Below are positions 1-11,988 of a stretch of 64,000 nucleotides of DNA, one piece after another (positions within the stretch are counted from its first letter, which is position 1; each line of letters starts with the position of its first letter). This stretch comes from Eledone cirrhosa (Eukaryota). The position numbers and the translations under genes were made by a program. Below the pieces are notes generated by a model that did no database searches, was not told the origin of the DNA, and was given only the letters and a program-made list of their open reading frames with translations. Location of the stretch: the NCBI GenBank assembly GCA_964016885.1, contig OZ024740.1, forward strand, positions 377,146,001 to 377,210,000, read 5' to 3'.

Positions 1-520
1 TACATATATATATATGTGTGTGTATGTATGTATATATATACATACTACTGTACGTCTGTATACATATATGTATGTACGTATAAATACTTATATTTAAGTA
101 ACAGCCGTACTAAGAGTGAGAATTGAAATTTCGTTTCATTTATTCCATTTATCGTTTTCGCTGCGCCTGGCCGACTAACTCACTCGATATGCAAATTAGG
201 CTGCTCAGCCGTTAATATGCATAAGGAAAGTATATACTTTCAAACGTTCAATCATCTGGCAGGAAGGTATACGGTGCTGACGATAGCTAATAAGCTTAAA
301 ACTAGTACATCGTTCCTTTGTCAGTGTTGAATAAAAGGGCAACGATGGTTGCTAAACACTGTACGGCTTAATTCGGGCTGTTTGTTTACAAACAAACCGA
401 GCATTATAATAAATGTTCGGTAAACCCATACGTACATATATATATGTGTGCATGTATGTATATATATACATACTACTGTACGTCTGTATACATATATGTA
501 TGTACGTATACATACTTATA
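1..520 (+). mobile_element. Non-coding HHR-bearing repeat family A (retrozyme-like / PLE pseudo-LTR derivative), more than one tandem monomer
   Basis: CATACTACTGTACGTCTGTATACA block recurs at 41 and 469 (428-nt period); contains an HHR; ends in (TA)n; homologous copies at 1503-2240, 11987-12388 and 13820-14546. Confidence 0.75.
271..313 (+). ncRNA. Type I hammerhead ribozyme, family A (GAAA mutated to AAAA in this copy)
   Basis: ACGGTG-CTGACGA-T-AGCT-AATA-AGCT-T-AAAA-CTAG-TA-CATCGT; stem I ACGGTG/CATCGT; palindromic CTAG stem III. Confidence 0.7.
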
Positions 521-789
521 TATATATATACATCGGCAAATGCTATGTAGATTTTCATGGTAGATATGGTCCCTAAATTGAAGAAAATTTCCCTGATGAA
601 TTCGTGAATTCATCAGGCGTTTTCCAATATTTGCTTCTTTCAGGAATGAAACCATGGTAGGAAGATATATAAATAAGTGAGATAGACTTTTCAAATAATG
701 TTAATTTACTTTAACAAACGAAGTCTTCATATTTTGCTGAATATTAAATATATAATTATCTATCTATAGCACCTACTTAAACACATACA

Positions 790-837
<48 letters not shown>

Positions 838-852
838 CACACACACACACAC

Positions 853-900
<48 letters not shown>

Positions 901-1463
901 TGTATATATATATATATATTAGCAACATGTGAAGGTGAAACAATCGTATTAATATGTATTTTTCATTCAGATAAGAAAGCTCTTCATGTACCGTCACAAA
1001 ATCTGTTAATTATAATTTATCATATTAAAAGGCAAGTTAAACTTTCGAGGAGTCGAACAAAGAACAGAAAATATATATTTTGTTTTATTCTTTCCTCTCA
1101 AATCTGAGTTTAATTACTGCTGGCGAAGAGTTCTCCCGTGTTCATAACATATGCAACACGTTTACTTCTACCTCTCACAATATCGGCATCATTGTTAAAT
1201 CATTGTTGTATATAAGTGGGAAAAAGAGATGGGCTCCACCTGAAAGAAATTGACTTGAATTTCGTCTCTTATGTTCTTGAGAAAAGATATGAATTTCAAT
1301 GAATTTTGCATAATTAACGAAAGAAAATGAGCATATATCGGACAACAGTATTTCAAAATCATACTCGTAGTATTTTTAAATAAACATGCCCATGTCCTGG
1401 ACTGCCCATATTGTCCTCTTGCTCCCAATGAAACCAACACTAAGTTTGATGTAGACATATGTT

Positions 1464-1502
<39 letters not shown>

Positions 1503-1505
<3 letters not shown>

Positions 1506-1616
1506 TTGTAATAAAATGAAAACGAAATTTCATTTCTCACACTTAGTACGGCACTTACTTAAATGTAAGCGTCCGCTAAACTGATACGTACATATATGTA
1601 TGTGTACCTGTATGTA

Positions 1617-1682
<66 letters not shown>

Positions 1683-2120
1683 CATGCTACTGTACGTCTG
1701 TATACATATATGTATGTACGTATACATACATACTTACATTTAAGTAAGTGCCGTACTAAGAGTGAGAAATGAAATTTCGTTTTCATTTTATTACAACTCA
1801 TCGTTTTCGGTGCGCCTGACCGATTTAACTCACTCGATATGCAAATTAGGCTGCTCAGCCGTTAATTTTCATAAGGAAAGTATATACTTTCGAACGTTAA
1901 ACTATCTGGCAGATGGATATACGGTGCTGATGATAGCTAACAAGCTTGAAACTAGTACATCGTTCCTGTGTCAGTGTTGAACAAAAAGGTGACGTGGTTG
2001 CCTTAACACCGTGCGGCATAAATTCAGGCTGTTCAGTTTGTTTACAAACGAACAAAGCGGGCGCTATAATAAGCGTCCGCTAAACTGATAGGTACATATA
2101 TGTATGTGTACCTGTATGTA

Positions 2121-2184
<64 letters not shown>

Positions 2185-2240
2185 TGCTACTGTACGTCTG
2201 TATACATATATGTATGTACGTATACATACATACTTACATA
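1503..2240 (+). mobile_element. Family A copy, tandem, with a short inverted 5' arm
   Basis: 1505-1568 is the reverse complement of about 1733-1796; AAGCGTCCGCTAAACTGATA repeats at about 1567 and 2071; flanked by (TA)n. Confidence 0.75.
1921..1963 (+). ncRNA. Type I hammerhead ribozyme, family A (intact core)
   Basis: ACGGTG-CTGATGA-TAGCT-AACA-AGCTT-GAAA-CTAG-TA-CATCGT; GUA cleavage triplet. Confidence 0.85.
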
Positions 2241-2828
2241 TATATATATATATATATATATATAGTAGAATAATCGAGTATCGAAAAATCGGCGCACGAG
2301 TTCACGATAAACAAAATTCGAAATGAGCGGCAGAGGGCTCAATAATTCAGATAAATCAGAGCTATAACTATCATTAAAATACCGACACACATAGAACATG
2401 TCTAAAATCAACCATACGACCGAAAAATTACGATCTGGAAGATTCGGGTCACTCAGATAAAATATCAATAAATCAATATATCAAATGAATGTAAAAAGCT
2501 TACCCGGACCCGCTAGAAAGATGGTAAATCTAGCTTCTTGGGTTTCTGTAAATCCTTAAACCGCCCTCTATCAGCCCACATAAAATATATAAGACTTCTA
2601 GAAAGCAGCGGACCGGAATTACTTTCTCAACGAGCTTTTGTCCGAACGAATAAAAAGGCACAACCCAAGTTGAAAAAACGCACATGGAATTCAGCAAGGG
2701 AGATAACCTCTATATCCGCAAAAAATATTCGGGAAAATGTGGAAATTCACATATCGAATAAGAGTGCTCAATAGACATGTTAAAATAAACAGGAGCTATT
2801 CATCATTTAATAGAATCGACAAAAAATG

Positions 2829-2902
<74 letters not shown>

Positions 2903-2903
<1 letters not shown>

Positions 2904-3200
2904 AAATCCCGGGTTAAATCGGGGATAACCACAGTAAGTAAGGTACTCAATACATAGCAGAGTAAAAGTAATTTAATAGAGAAATGCTTCTACAGGACTA
3001 GAACAGTTTCATTCGGAGGAAATCATCAGAAAGTCGACTGTCAATGTAAATTTCTGGTATTTATACATTTTGTCATGGTAAGGGAAGGGTAGTGGTGAGG
3101 GGGGAGGGGTAGAGGTCATGATGGGATTAAAGGATGGGATTCTTAGAAAAAAACCAACAAAATTTATTTAGAGAAAGCAGTTTAGTGGCAAGTTGCAATT
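2903..3200 (-). mobile_element. PLE pseudo-LTR remnant (family E) with degenerate HHR at 2996-3035
   Basis: Minus strand GACTTT-CTGATGA-TTTC-CTCC-GAAT-GAAA-CTG-TT-CTAGTC; shares the CGGGGATAACCACAGTAAGTAAGGTACTCAATAC tail with 42790-42835. Confidence 0.5.
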
Positions 3201-3367
3201 GAAATAAACACTACCCTATTCTATAGTACAATTTTGAACAAAAGATATATTAAGTAGTTGATCGAACATCTGTGGAAATGGTAGGTTAGTACAAGCACAC
3301 ACGCCAACACACACTCACATATATACAGACACTCATACACACATGTGTATATATATACACGTACATA

Positions 3368-3463
<96 letters not shown>

Positions 3464-3464
3464 T

Positions 3465-4090
3465 GGTGGCTGCCAACTCGTTTTCGAGTACGGCCACTAC
3501 TTTATATCCATGTAGGAGAACCCCTACCGATGCGCTGAACGAGTGTGACTTTTTAGTCCAGCCAGCGACTTTAAATCTCTGGTACAAACACTACACTTGT
3601 GACAAATATTGACACATAGTGCTGGGCCCATGGTACCATGTGACGACAAGTGCAGAGCGATCTCCAGATATAAAGCAATGCCTGTGCCGTGAAGCTTTTA
3701 TAGTGAGCAAGGCACTGCACAAAGCCAGTCCCACTCTCTTAACCAAGATGATATTTACCAAAAAGAAGAACAAGTCAACATCATTGGATACCATCAGGGT
3801 TGAAGGTGTTATATCAGAGTTTTCCTTCTCCTAGAATTCTGCCTTGACAAAGGCTAAGGGGTCATCTCTCCCGGTGATTTTGGATGGCCATTGACTCTTA
3901 AGAGCTCCTTTGCCCTTTGATAGGTTTTGTTTTTAGTCCTGCAGGATGTCCAAAGTCACCCTCACCAAGAAACCTTGGTGGGGTTGCCAGTTTAGTCGCC
4001 AACGACCCGACCATGGGACAGGTTGTACTGGAATACATGTTACCAGTAGCACCAACTGGTGACCTGACATATGAAGCGGCGGCCTACCGC
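3465..4090. mobile_element. Dispersed non-coding repeat, probably RTE-clade related (SINE or 5'UTR-derived)
   Basis: Collinear similarity to 61958-62486 (TGGCTGCC..CTCGTT..TACGGCCA; CTTGGTGGGGTTGCC.GTTTAGTCGCC; TACATGTTACCAGTAGCAC); GAGTTTTCCTTCTCCTAG motif also at about 55704, recalled from RTE-type UTRs. Confidence 0.5.
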
Positions 4091-4192
4091 ATGCCATCTT
4101 CTTCAACCAGCCCTGACGCCGCCGGCGACGACGCGTCGTTCTCACTTTCACTTCGCATATATACACACATATATATATACACACACTCTTAC

Positions 4193-4235
<43 letters not shown>

Positions 4236-4239
<4 letters not shown>

Positions 4240-4441
4240 CAAACTCTTGAATCTCTGACTTTACCACATAGCATGTATTTCATTTTCTTATAGCATTTTA
4301 AGAGGGTCCGTCGAGCTGCGGATTATTGAGTCGGGTAGGATCGTTATAGATTGAACCTTGAGTTGATCAGTGGCGAAACGCGCGTCACCTGTCAATAAAT
4401 GCAATGAAGGAATAATCAATCGTCCTTTTTATCCTTTCTAT
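4236..4441 (+). repeat. 5' pseudo-LTR
   Basis: Identical to 9199-9403 except for 5 substitutions, all between 4346 and 4391; contains an HHR and AATAAA. Confidence 0.9.
4304..4390 (+). ncRNA. Hammerhead-like ribozyme with variant core CCGUCGA and long stem II
   Basis: GGGT-CCGTCGA-GCTGC...GTGGC-GAAA-CGCGCG-TC-ACCT; stem I GGGT/ACCT, stem II GCTGC/GTGGC, palindromic stem III, GUC triplet. Confidence 0.65.
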
Positions 4442-4827
4442 ATATTACACTCTGTATAGCTCTACACCCCATCACAGAAGTGAACCTAAACATCGAGTGC
4501 TCTCCCGGTGAACCTGCAGTAACTCCTAGTTACACCCCCTGGATATTTAGCTCCTTTCTTTGTCGAGCGCTTACATGGAACACCATGGAATTGTTCTACA
4601 ACGCTTCCTCCCTAAAGGACATTCGGAAGATGTCTACATGGACCTATTACTAAAGCAGACTAACAATTTCATCAGGAGGATCCGTTGGAGGGCCTACCAC
4701 TACAACAACAGGAGGGCCCCTGGATCAATTGACAATTCCACCAACCACATAAAAAGACTTTTCAAATCAACGAAAAACCCACCGCAAAAACCCACTCCTT
4801 GAGGAGTTTGAAAGCAGGATCATTACC

Positions 4828-6738
4828 ATGATCCGGACAATTAGATTCAGGAAACCACCGCGAAACCCTGACAGAAGTGCATTCCTGTCCGGGCTCGCCT
4901 CAACCTTAAAAAAGATCAAGAATAGCACTGCAATTATCGTACCAGCGGATAAAACAGGAAACCTATATAATTTAGAGTACAAAACCTACAACAAATGCAT
5001 TACAAACGAAATCTCTAAAATATACAAAACATCAACACGAGAAAACCTAGCACACATAAACAAACAGACGAAAACAATAATGACCGAACTGAGTATTGAC
5101 GACAGGACCTTTCCTTACAACCCTAGGACACAGAGACTATCCATTAAAGACCATAAACTGGACTTCCAGTCAAAACTACCGGTCAGGCTCATAGCCCCTT
5201 TCAAATCGGACCTTGGTAGATTTAGCAAATCAATCATTGACCGAATTTTACCTGAACTTAAGATTAGAACTAAACTCAGCCTATCGTCTTGTACAAAGGA
5301 GGTAATAGACTGGTTTTGTGCCATTGAAACTAAGTCGAATGTTCGATTAGTCCAATTGGACATTACGAACTACTACGCATCTATATCCCCAATTATCCTT
5401 AACAAGGCACTGATCTCAGCCATGAACAGATCAAGCCTCACTAGAAGAGAAGTAGACATAATAATAACAGCTAGGAAAACTTTACTAGAATTCGACGGAA
5501 GACTATGGGAACGACAGAATAGACCAGATAGCTTCGACATCACCATGGGATCGACTGACTCTGCACAGGTTACAGATGTAGTAGGCATATACCTCCTAAA
5601 CACATTAACAGACGAGATCCCCTCCTTGGGCGGTGGCTTATACCGGGATGATGCCCTACTATTGACCCGTGGACTTAATAACAGCCAATTAAATAGAATA
5701 CACAAACGACTTAGGTACATCTTTAAGACCCAAGGTTTAGCAGTAGAAATTGAACCTAACAATAGGACAGTTAACTTTTTAGACGTCACCCTAGAATTAG
5801 ACTCAGTCCTCTACCGTCCATACCACAAACCTAATGAAAATCTTAGATACGTCAATAGACACTCCAACCACCCTAGGAGCATAATTAACTCTATAGTTAA
5901 AAGCGTCTCCAACAGAGTGTCCACACATTCGGCTAATGAAAACATCTTCAAGCAGCACGCGGAATACTACGGCTCTGCACTTATAAACGCTGGTTATACT
6001 GAGAAGATTTCTTACATCGACCCAAATAGAACCGTAACACCGCTAAATATAGCAGGACCCTTAGAAACGAACTTGGAAGAAACCTCCACACCTAGGACAC
6101 ACAATAACCTTAGACGCTCCCTAGCCGGCAGCGCAGACAGCACCACACATAACTGTCTAGGAGATAAAGCCATACTCTCCAGCCCCAATAACAACTCCGA
6201 CTATCGCACACGTTTGCGTACCGGTAGAGACAAGGGACATAACGCCAATAGATTACCTGGAACCTATATGAAACATACGCCTGACCAAAACACACACAAA
6301 CTACCACCCAACCACAAAAACCTCACTAAACAACGCATAAACCGAAGTAGACCTGTCACGTGGTATAACCCCCCCCCCCCCTATTCTATACACGTCGCCA
6401 CTAACATACCGGGAACCTTTTTCAGGGCTCTCGAACAATCTTTTCCACACACACACAAATGCCACAAGCTCTTCAATAGACACACCGTAAAATTCTCTTT
6501 CTCCACAGCATCAAACCTAGGCCACACAATAGCACACACTAATAGGGCAAAAATACGAAAACACATGGTTTCCCCTCAACAAACCACCTCCACAACCCAG
6601 GACGAAACCAAACACACAACACAACACAACACAACAACCCACACACCACACCCACACCGCATGACACCAACCGCCATCGTGCCACCCCACCGATTACACC
6701 CAAATGCAACTGCAAAAAACGAGCCGAATGCCCACTAA
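4828..6738 (+). CDS. PLE reverse transcriptase domain (open segment)
   Basis: Motifs PADKTGN, IKDHK, RLIAP, QLDITNYYASI, FDITMGSTDSAQ, GLYRDDAL, NFLDVTL, YRPYHKP, HSNHP, WYNPP. Confidence 0.9.
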   Translation: MIRTIRFRKPPRNPDRSAFLSGLASTLKKIKNSTAIIVPADKTGNLYNLEYKTYNKCITNEISKIYKTSTRENLAHINKQTKTIMTELSIDDRTFPYNPRTQRLSIKDHKLDFQSKLPVRLIAPFKSDLGRFSKSIIDRILPELKIRTKLSLSSCTKEVIDWFCAIETKSNVRLVQLDITNYYASISPIILNKALISAMNRSSLTRREVDIIITARKTLLEFDGRLWERQNRPDSFDITMGSTDSAQVTDVVGIYLLNTLTDEIPSLGGGLYRDDALLLTRGLNNSQLNRIHKRLRYIFKTQGLAVEIEPNNRTVNFLDVTLELDSVLYRPYHKPNENLRYVNRHSNHPRSIINSIVKSVSNRVSTHSANENIFKQHAEYYGSALINAGYTEKISYIDPNRTVTPLNIAGPLETNLEETSTPRTHNNLRRSLAGSADSTTHNCLGDKAILSSPNNNSDYRTRLRTGRDKGHNANRLPGTYMKHTPDQNTHKLPPNHKNLTKQRINRSRPVTWYNPPPPYSIHVATNIPGTFFRALEQSFPHTHKCHKLFNRHTVKFSFSTASNLGHTIAHTNRAKIRKHMVSPQQTTSTTQDETKHTTQHNTTTHTPHPHRMTPTAIVPPHRLHPNATAKNEPNAH

Positions 6739-7157
6739 ACGGGGAGTGCTTCGTTAAGAATATTGTTTACCGGTGTGATGTCACAGCCGGCAATAAGGAG
6801 TACTCATATATAGGTGCGACATCCACTACCTTTAAGGAGCGCTGGTATAACCACAGAGGCTCCTTCAAACATAGATTGAAACGACCCCAAACAAAACTGG
6901 CCGATTTGATCTGGGACCTCAAGGACAGGAATATTGAACCCCAGATTTCGTGGTCAGTAAAAAGACGCGTGGCATAAATCCCCAGTGACAGAAACCACTG
7001 CAGATTATGCCTGGCTGAGGCGGCGGAAATGATTAAATTAAATTCCGCCATAAACTATAGGTCGGACATAATTGTCAATTGCAGACACACTAGGATGAAC
7101 ACCTTTTCTGCACAAACATTCACGGGAAGGCCACGCACTAACCATGACCCACCATAA
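6705..7157 (+). pseudogene. GIY-YIG endonuclease domain of the PLE, one internal stop
   Basis: Manual translation CNCKKRAECPLNGECFVKNIVYRCDV..YSYIGATSTTFKERWYNHRGSF..LADLIWDLKD..SWSV..VA*..CRLCLAE..NCRH. Confidence 0.85.
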
Positions 7158-9198
7158 TAATAACCACATCTGCCCCGTATCACCATCGCCCATCTCAACG
7201 AATTTTAATTCTAATCTTACTTTACTTTATCTTATTTTATTGTATTGCATTTAACCATATGTAAGTCCGTATTTTGTATATCATGCCGCATACATAACCC
7301 ACACCAAAAATCACACTAACCATGACACACCATATTAATAACCACCTATACCCCGTCTCACCATCGCCCATCTCAATGAACTTATTGTATTGTACTCCAT
7401 GTAACCATTTCTAAGCCCGCATTTGTATATCATGCCGCACACATCACCATCACCACCACCAAAATTCACATCAACATACACACCTCATCGTTGCAACATC
7501 GTATTAGATCGGTCTCCTATGATAGGGATCTTGTAAATACAATGTCGATCATATCACACCATCGCCACCACCACCACACCACACATCGTCATATGTCTAC
7601 CATACACACCTACAACCTCATCCCCCCATGTTCCCTCTGTCTACCCTAACCTACAACCCCACGCTAAATTCGACCCTGTAATTGTACTGTCGCACGCACA
7701 CACAACCACCGCCACCACTAGATACATCCACATACTTCAACAATCATTATCATTAACATCATCAACACATATCACCCCTCGCTCCCAGATCGACTGTATT
7801 ATATACTCCCCACCCCCCGTCTGCCTTACCCTATAACACACCGTAACCTCTGATCATGTAATCATCTTGTCGAACATATCACCCCAGCACCACCACCATC
7901 ACCACGTCCACAACACACATCGCTGTACGTCCATAAACGCTTCTCCTCCGCGTTCCCCATGTCACCTTTTAACCGGTATTCGATACGGTGTATATATTTT
8001 TGTCCCTCACAACTCCACCACCACCACCACAAAACACAACTCCATACTTCATCAACACCGACAACACATACCTCCACTCCCCAACCAACAATAGTGAGTG
8101 TGTCTGTGTGTAAGTATTTTTACACATACGGGCGTATAAGTGTGCGTGCGTGTACGCATAGTTATATGTATGTGTATGTGTGTGTGTGTGTATGTGAACA
8201 CATGTGTATACATATGTGTATGTGTGTGTATATATATATATCTGTGTATATATATGTGTATGTGTATGTGTGTGTGTATATGTATGTGTATGTATGTGTG
8301 TATATGTGTACGTCTACATATATGTATATGGGTGAATCTGACTGTATGTGTAGGTGAGCTCATGTATGTGCATGTATGTGTATATGTACGTGTATGTGTG
8401 TGTTTTCTGTACATGTGTGTGTATATATATATATATATGTGTGTATATATATATATATATGTGTGAGTATACGTGTGTGTGAGTGTGTATGTGTATATTT
8501 TGTATACGTGAGTGTGAGTCCATGTACTCATACCCATATGTGTGTATGGGTATATGTATGTGTATAAAATACCTACATTGCCTCTCACCTTCCCGCATCT
8601 CTGTCGTTTGCCACCTCCACCGATACTCCCCCACTCTCCATATTCGTGTCCGCATGCGCACATGCACATACATGTGTGTACATATACATATGGCTGTGTG
8701 TGAGCGTGTGTCGATATGTGTGGGCAATGATGTGCGTATGTGTTTTGTGGTGTGTGTGTTTATACAACAATATGTGTGCACATATATACATATATGTGTG
8801 TGCGTATACGTATATACAAAGCATCTGTCAGACGAAGAGCGTCTAGCTATGTATCTAGGTAAGGACCTTGACGCCACCAATACATCCACCACACCACCAC
8901 AAACACCGCTACCATAGACAACGGCACCAATACCACACCCCCACACACACGCCAACCTGTCTACTGACAATCCACTAACCTCATACCACAGCCCATCCCA
9001 TTAAGCAACCATAACCACCACCATATCATCACATCCACCCACACATACTCTACACGCCAAGGCCAAACCCACCACCACCACACCACAGCCTATCTCATCC
9101 ACCCACCGTCACCAACATATCACCATCACACCCACACCCATATACACTACAGGCCAGTACATCACGTTGATCCTTCCCACTAATCAAAACAACTCATT

Positions 9199-9403
9199 TT
9201 GTCAAACTCTTGAATCTCTGACTTTACCACATAGCATGTATTTCATTTTCTTATAGCATTTTAAGAGGGTCCGTCGAGCTGCGGATTATTGAGTCGGGTA
9301 GGATCGATATAGATCGAACCTTGAGCTGATCAGTGGTGAAACGCGCGTCACCTATCAATAAATGCAATGAAGGAATAATCAATCGTCCTTTTTATCCTTT
9401 CTA
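9199..9403 (+). repeat. 3' pseudo-LTR
   Basis: Direct repeat of 4236-4441, followed by (TA)n. Confidence 0.9.
9267..9353 (+). ncRNA. Hammerhead-like ribozyme with variant core CCGUCGA (second copy)
   Basis: Same fold as 4304-4390; stem II closes with G-U here. Confidence 0.65.
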
Positions 9404-9421
9404 TATATATATATATATATA

Positions 9422-10190
9422 TCGTTTCTGAATTTGTTTAGCAAGATTCTTTATCTGAAAACGTGTGTTGAAACCGATATTGTTATGCTTTGGAAGGGTC
9501 ATGTTGCTAATAAGAAACACACGCACCAGTTGCTTTCACTTCAATTTATTATAAATTAAATTTATAAATTTAGGAATTTATAAATTTCCGGTTGGCTGCT
9601 TGGTTCCACAACCAGACGATTGTTCATATATTATCAAAGTTCTTTCGTCAAACATTCTGTGACCATTTCAGTGACTGGGGATATTTTTTTGTTTGTTTTT
9701 GTACCTCTCCTTTGTTCTGTCCTACGCCATCTTGTTTTTGTGTGTGTTGTGTGCTTAGTTTGCGCATGTGTTACATCCGGGTGTCTGTGTGTGTTTATAT
9801 TTGTTTATTTATTTGTTTATTTACATGTTATTGGTTGGTTGTTTGTTCTATGTGTGTGTGTGTGTGTTTTCATTTTGTCCTTAATTGTAAGTTGTGATGT
9901 TGCTGTTCCATTCATGTTTTCTATTTAATTTTGGTTGGAGTTCATTTATGTTTATTGCCTCTGTGATTTGTATAAACATTGCGTCTTTTCTGTGTGTAGA
10001 TTCTATTTTTATTTCTATGTTCTCTAATTTACCCGTATGTTCTATTTTAGCATGTTGGTGGAGTACAGATGATTCTTTACTATCTTGAAGCACTCGCCAG
10101 TGTTCATTTATCCGTTCCCCTATACTACGAGCTGTCTCACCTATGTACACTATATTCTTATCTCTACATTACCTTCCGTACATTTTATGC
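9422..10190 (-). mobile_element. 3' fragment of a PLE: GIY-YIG C-terminus, 3'UTR and pseudo-LTR with degenerate HHR (9633-9675)
   Basis: ORF 9881-10150 YIGETARSIGERINEH..HQH..ITEAININELQPKLNRKHEW, homologous to 57081-57941; minus GTCA-CTGAAATG-GTCA..TGAC-GAAA-GAAC-TT-TGAT. Confidence 0.8.
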
Positions 10191-10218
10191 TATATATATA
10201 CACACACATACATATATA

Positions 10219-10423
10219 TGAAGTTCCTTTTTAGGTTCCAGACATGGGCGGCGAGTGTTGTTTGGTTGGACTTGTTCGGGCGTCGAAAAGAATGGGTCTG
10301 TGCGTACCAACGGACCTTAAAGTTGTTGGAGGTCATCTCGATATACGTCTTTCTTACACATACATATACACACACACACATATGCACACATATATATACA
10401 TACACACATACACACATATATAC

Positions 10424-10462
<39 letters not shown>

Positions 10463-11385
10463 TATAAACACATATAAAAATACACAAAGGGGAAATTCAA
10501 CCGCGAGATATCTACACCTATAGCAAAACATTTCTTTACTCTATTGCACAAACACTTCCCCACCCAACATAGGTACTACACCATCTTTAATAAGAATACA
10601 ATCAGACTCTCTTACTTCATTACACCAAATCTAGCTAGGAACTTAGCCAATATTAATATTACTAAGTTAAATAAGTCTACTACCTCCGAAACCCATCCCG
10701 GTACTGAGGTCCTGTGCAACTGCCACGATAAGACTGCATGCCCCTTCAGCAATAAATGCCTTACAAAGGATATTGTATACAAATGTGATGTCATCTCAGG
10801 CCCTGATGAAGAGAGAAAGACGTGTATCGGGATGACCTCCAACAACTTTAAGACTCGTTGATACGCACACACCCATTCTTTTCGACGCCCGGACAAGTCC
10901 AACCAAACAACACTCGCCGCCCATGTCTGGGACCTAAAAAGGAACTCCATCCTCTTTACGCTCAAATGGAAACTACTCCAGAGATCGCGGTCTTACACAG
11001 GAGGCCATAATTGTTGTGACCTTTGTATTTCCGAGAGTTACGAAATACTATTCGCCAAAGGACCCTTACTCAATAGACTCTCAGAATACTGTCCGAACTG
11101 CATGCACAAAAACTATGCAACTTACAAGTCATATAGACCAGTTCTTCCCCCTGAACGATGATCCCATATGACAACGGAATCGACATTAAACATTAAACAC
11201 ACTCCCGCGCGCCCCCTCCCATCCCAACCCTACCTTCGTTTTGTTACCTTTCAAACTTATAACTTATACTTTACTTTTCTCTACTTGTATTTTATGTTAC
11301 TTAATTTTAATTTGTTATTTGATGGTTTTTCACATCTTGATTGTTTCCTTAAATTTTCCCCTTTGAGTATTTTTATGTGTTTATA

Positions 11386-11395
<10 letters not shown>
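10219..11395 (+). mobile_element. 5'-truncated Hydra-type PLE preceded by inverted fragments
   Basis: 10219-10352 is the reverse complement of about 10811-10945; 10353-10497 is the reverse complement of the 3'UTR; sense coding remnant follows. Confidence 0.8.
10499..11161 (+). pseudogene. PLE linker plus GIY-YIG remnant (TGA at 10859)
   Basis: LHKHFP..IFNKNTIRLSY..CNCHDKTACPFSNKCLTKDIVYKC..CIGMTSNNFKTR*YAHTHSF..LAAHVWDLK..CDLCISE..CMH. Confidence 0.85.
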
Positions 11396-11456
<61 letters not shown>

Positions 11457-11601
11457 GTATATATGTGTGTATGTGTGTATGTGTGTATATGTATGTATGT
11501 GTATATATGTGTGTGTGTGTATGTATATGTATGTATATGTATGTATATGTATGTGTATATGTATATGTATGTGTGTGTATGTATGTATATATATGTGCGT
11601 G

Positions 11602-11634
<33 letters not shown>

Positions 11635-11752
11635 ATGTATATATGTGTATATATATGTAAATATGTGTATATATGTGTATATATATATGTGTGTGTATGT
11701 ATGTATATATATATATGTGTGTATATATATGTATCTTATGTGTATATATATG

Positions 11753-11847
<95 letters not shown>

Positions 11848-11956
11848 GTTTATATATATATATATGTGTATGTGTATATGTATGTATATATATATATGTA
11901 TATATATTTGTGTAAGAGTGTGTGTATGTATATATGTGTGTATATATGTGTATATG

Positions 11957-11986
<30 letters not shown>

Positions 11987-11988
<2 letters not shown>

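Larger units (their letters stand above)
4575..7157 (+). pseudogene. PLE RT-GIY-YIG polyprotein, disrupted (frameshifts near 4795 and about 6620-6700, stop at 6975)
   Basis: N-terminal YMDLLLKQTNNFIRRIRWRAY and FKSTKNPPQ; RT core; endonuclease in a different frame. Confidence 0.9.
4236..9403 (+). mobile_element. Near full-length Penelope-like retroelement (EN+, probably Hydra clade) with direct pseudo-LTRs, inserted in (TA)n
   Basis: About 205-bp direct repeats at 4236-4441 and 9199-9403; RT followed by C-terminal GIY-YIG with a CxCx5C linker (CNCKKRAEC); (TA)n on both sides. Confidence 0.9.

Noticed and set aside
592-617. Perfect hairpin CCTGATGAATTC-GT-GAATTCATCAGG containing CTGATGA
   Set aside because: No GAAA, stem III or stem I; it may be a snap-back relic but cannot be called a hammerhead
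1172-1240. Minus-strand exon-like segment (TTTCTTTCAG acceptor) and ORF 1195-1533
   Set aside because: Stops in all frames within the segment; the ORF starts in repeat sequence; no recognisable protein
4236-9403. LTR retrotransposon or retrovirus interpretation of the direct repeats
   Set aside because: No TG..CA ends, gag, protease, RNase H or integrase; the RT motifs and GIY-YIG are PLE-type
10859-10861. In-frame TGA in GIY-YIG as possible selenocysteine (as in some Naiad PLEs)
   Set aside because: It falls at a Trp/Tyr position (RWY), and the inverted duplicate at about 10306 retains TGG; an ordinary nonsense mutation
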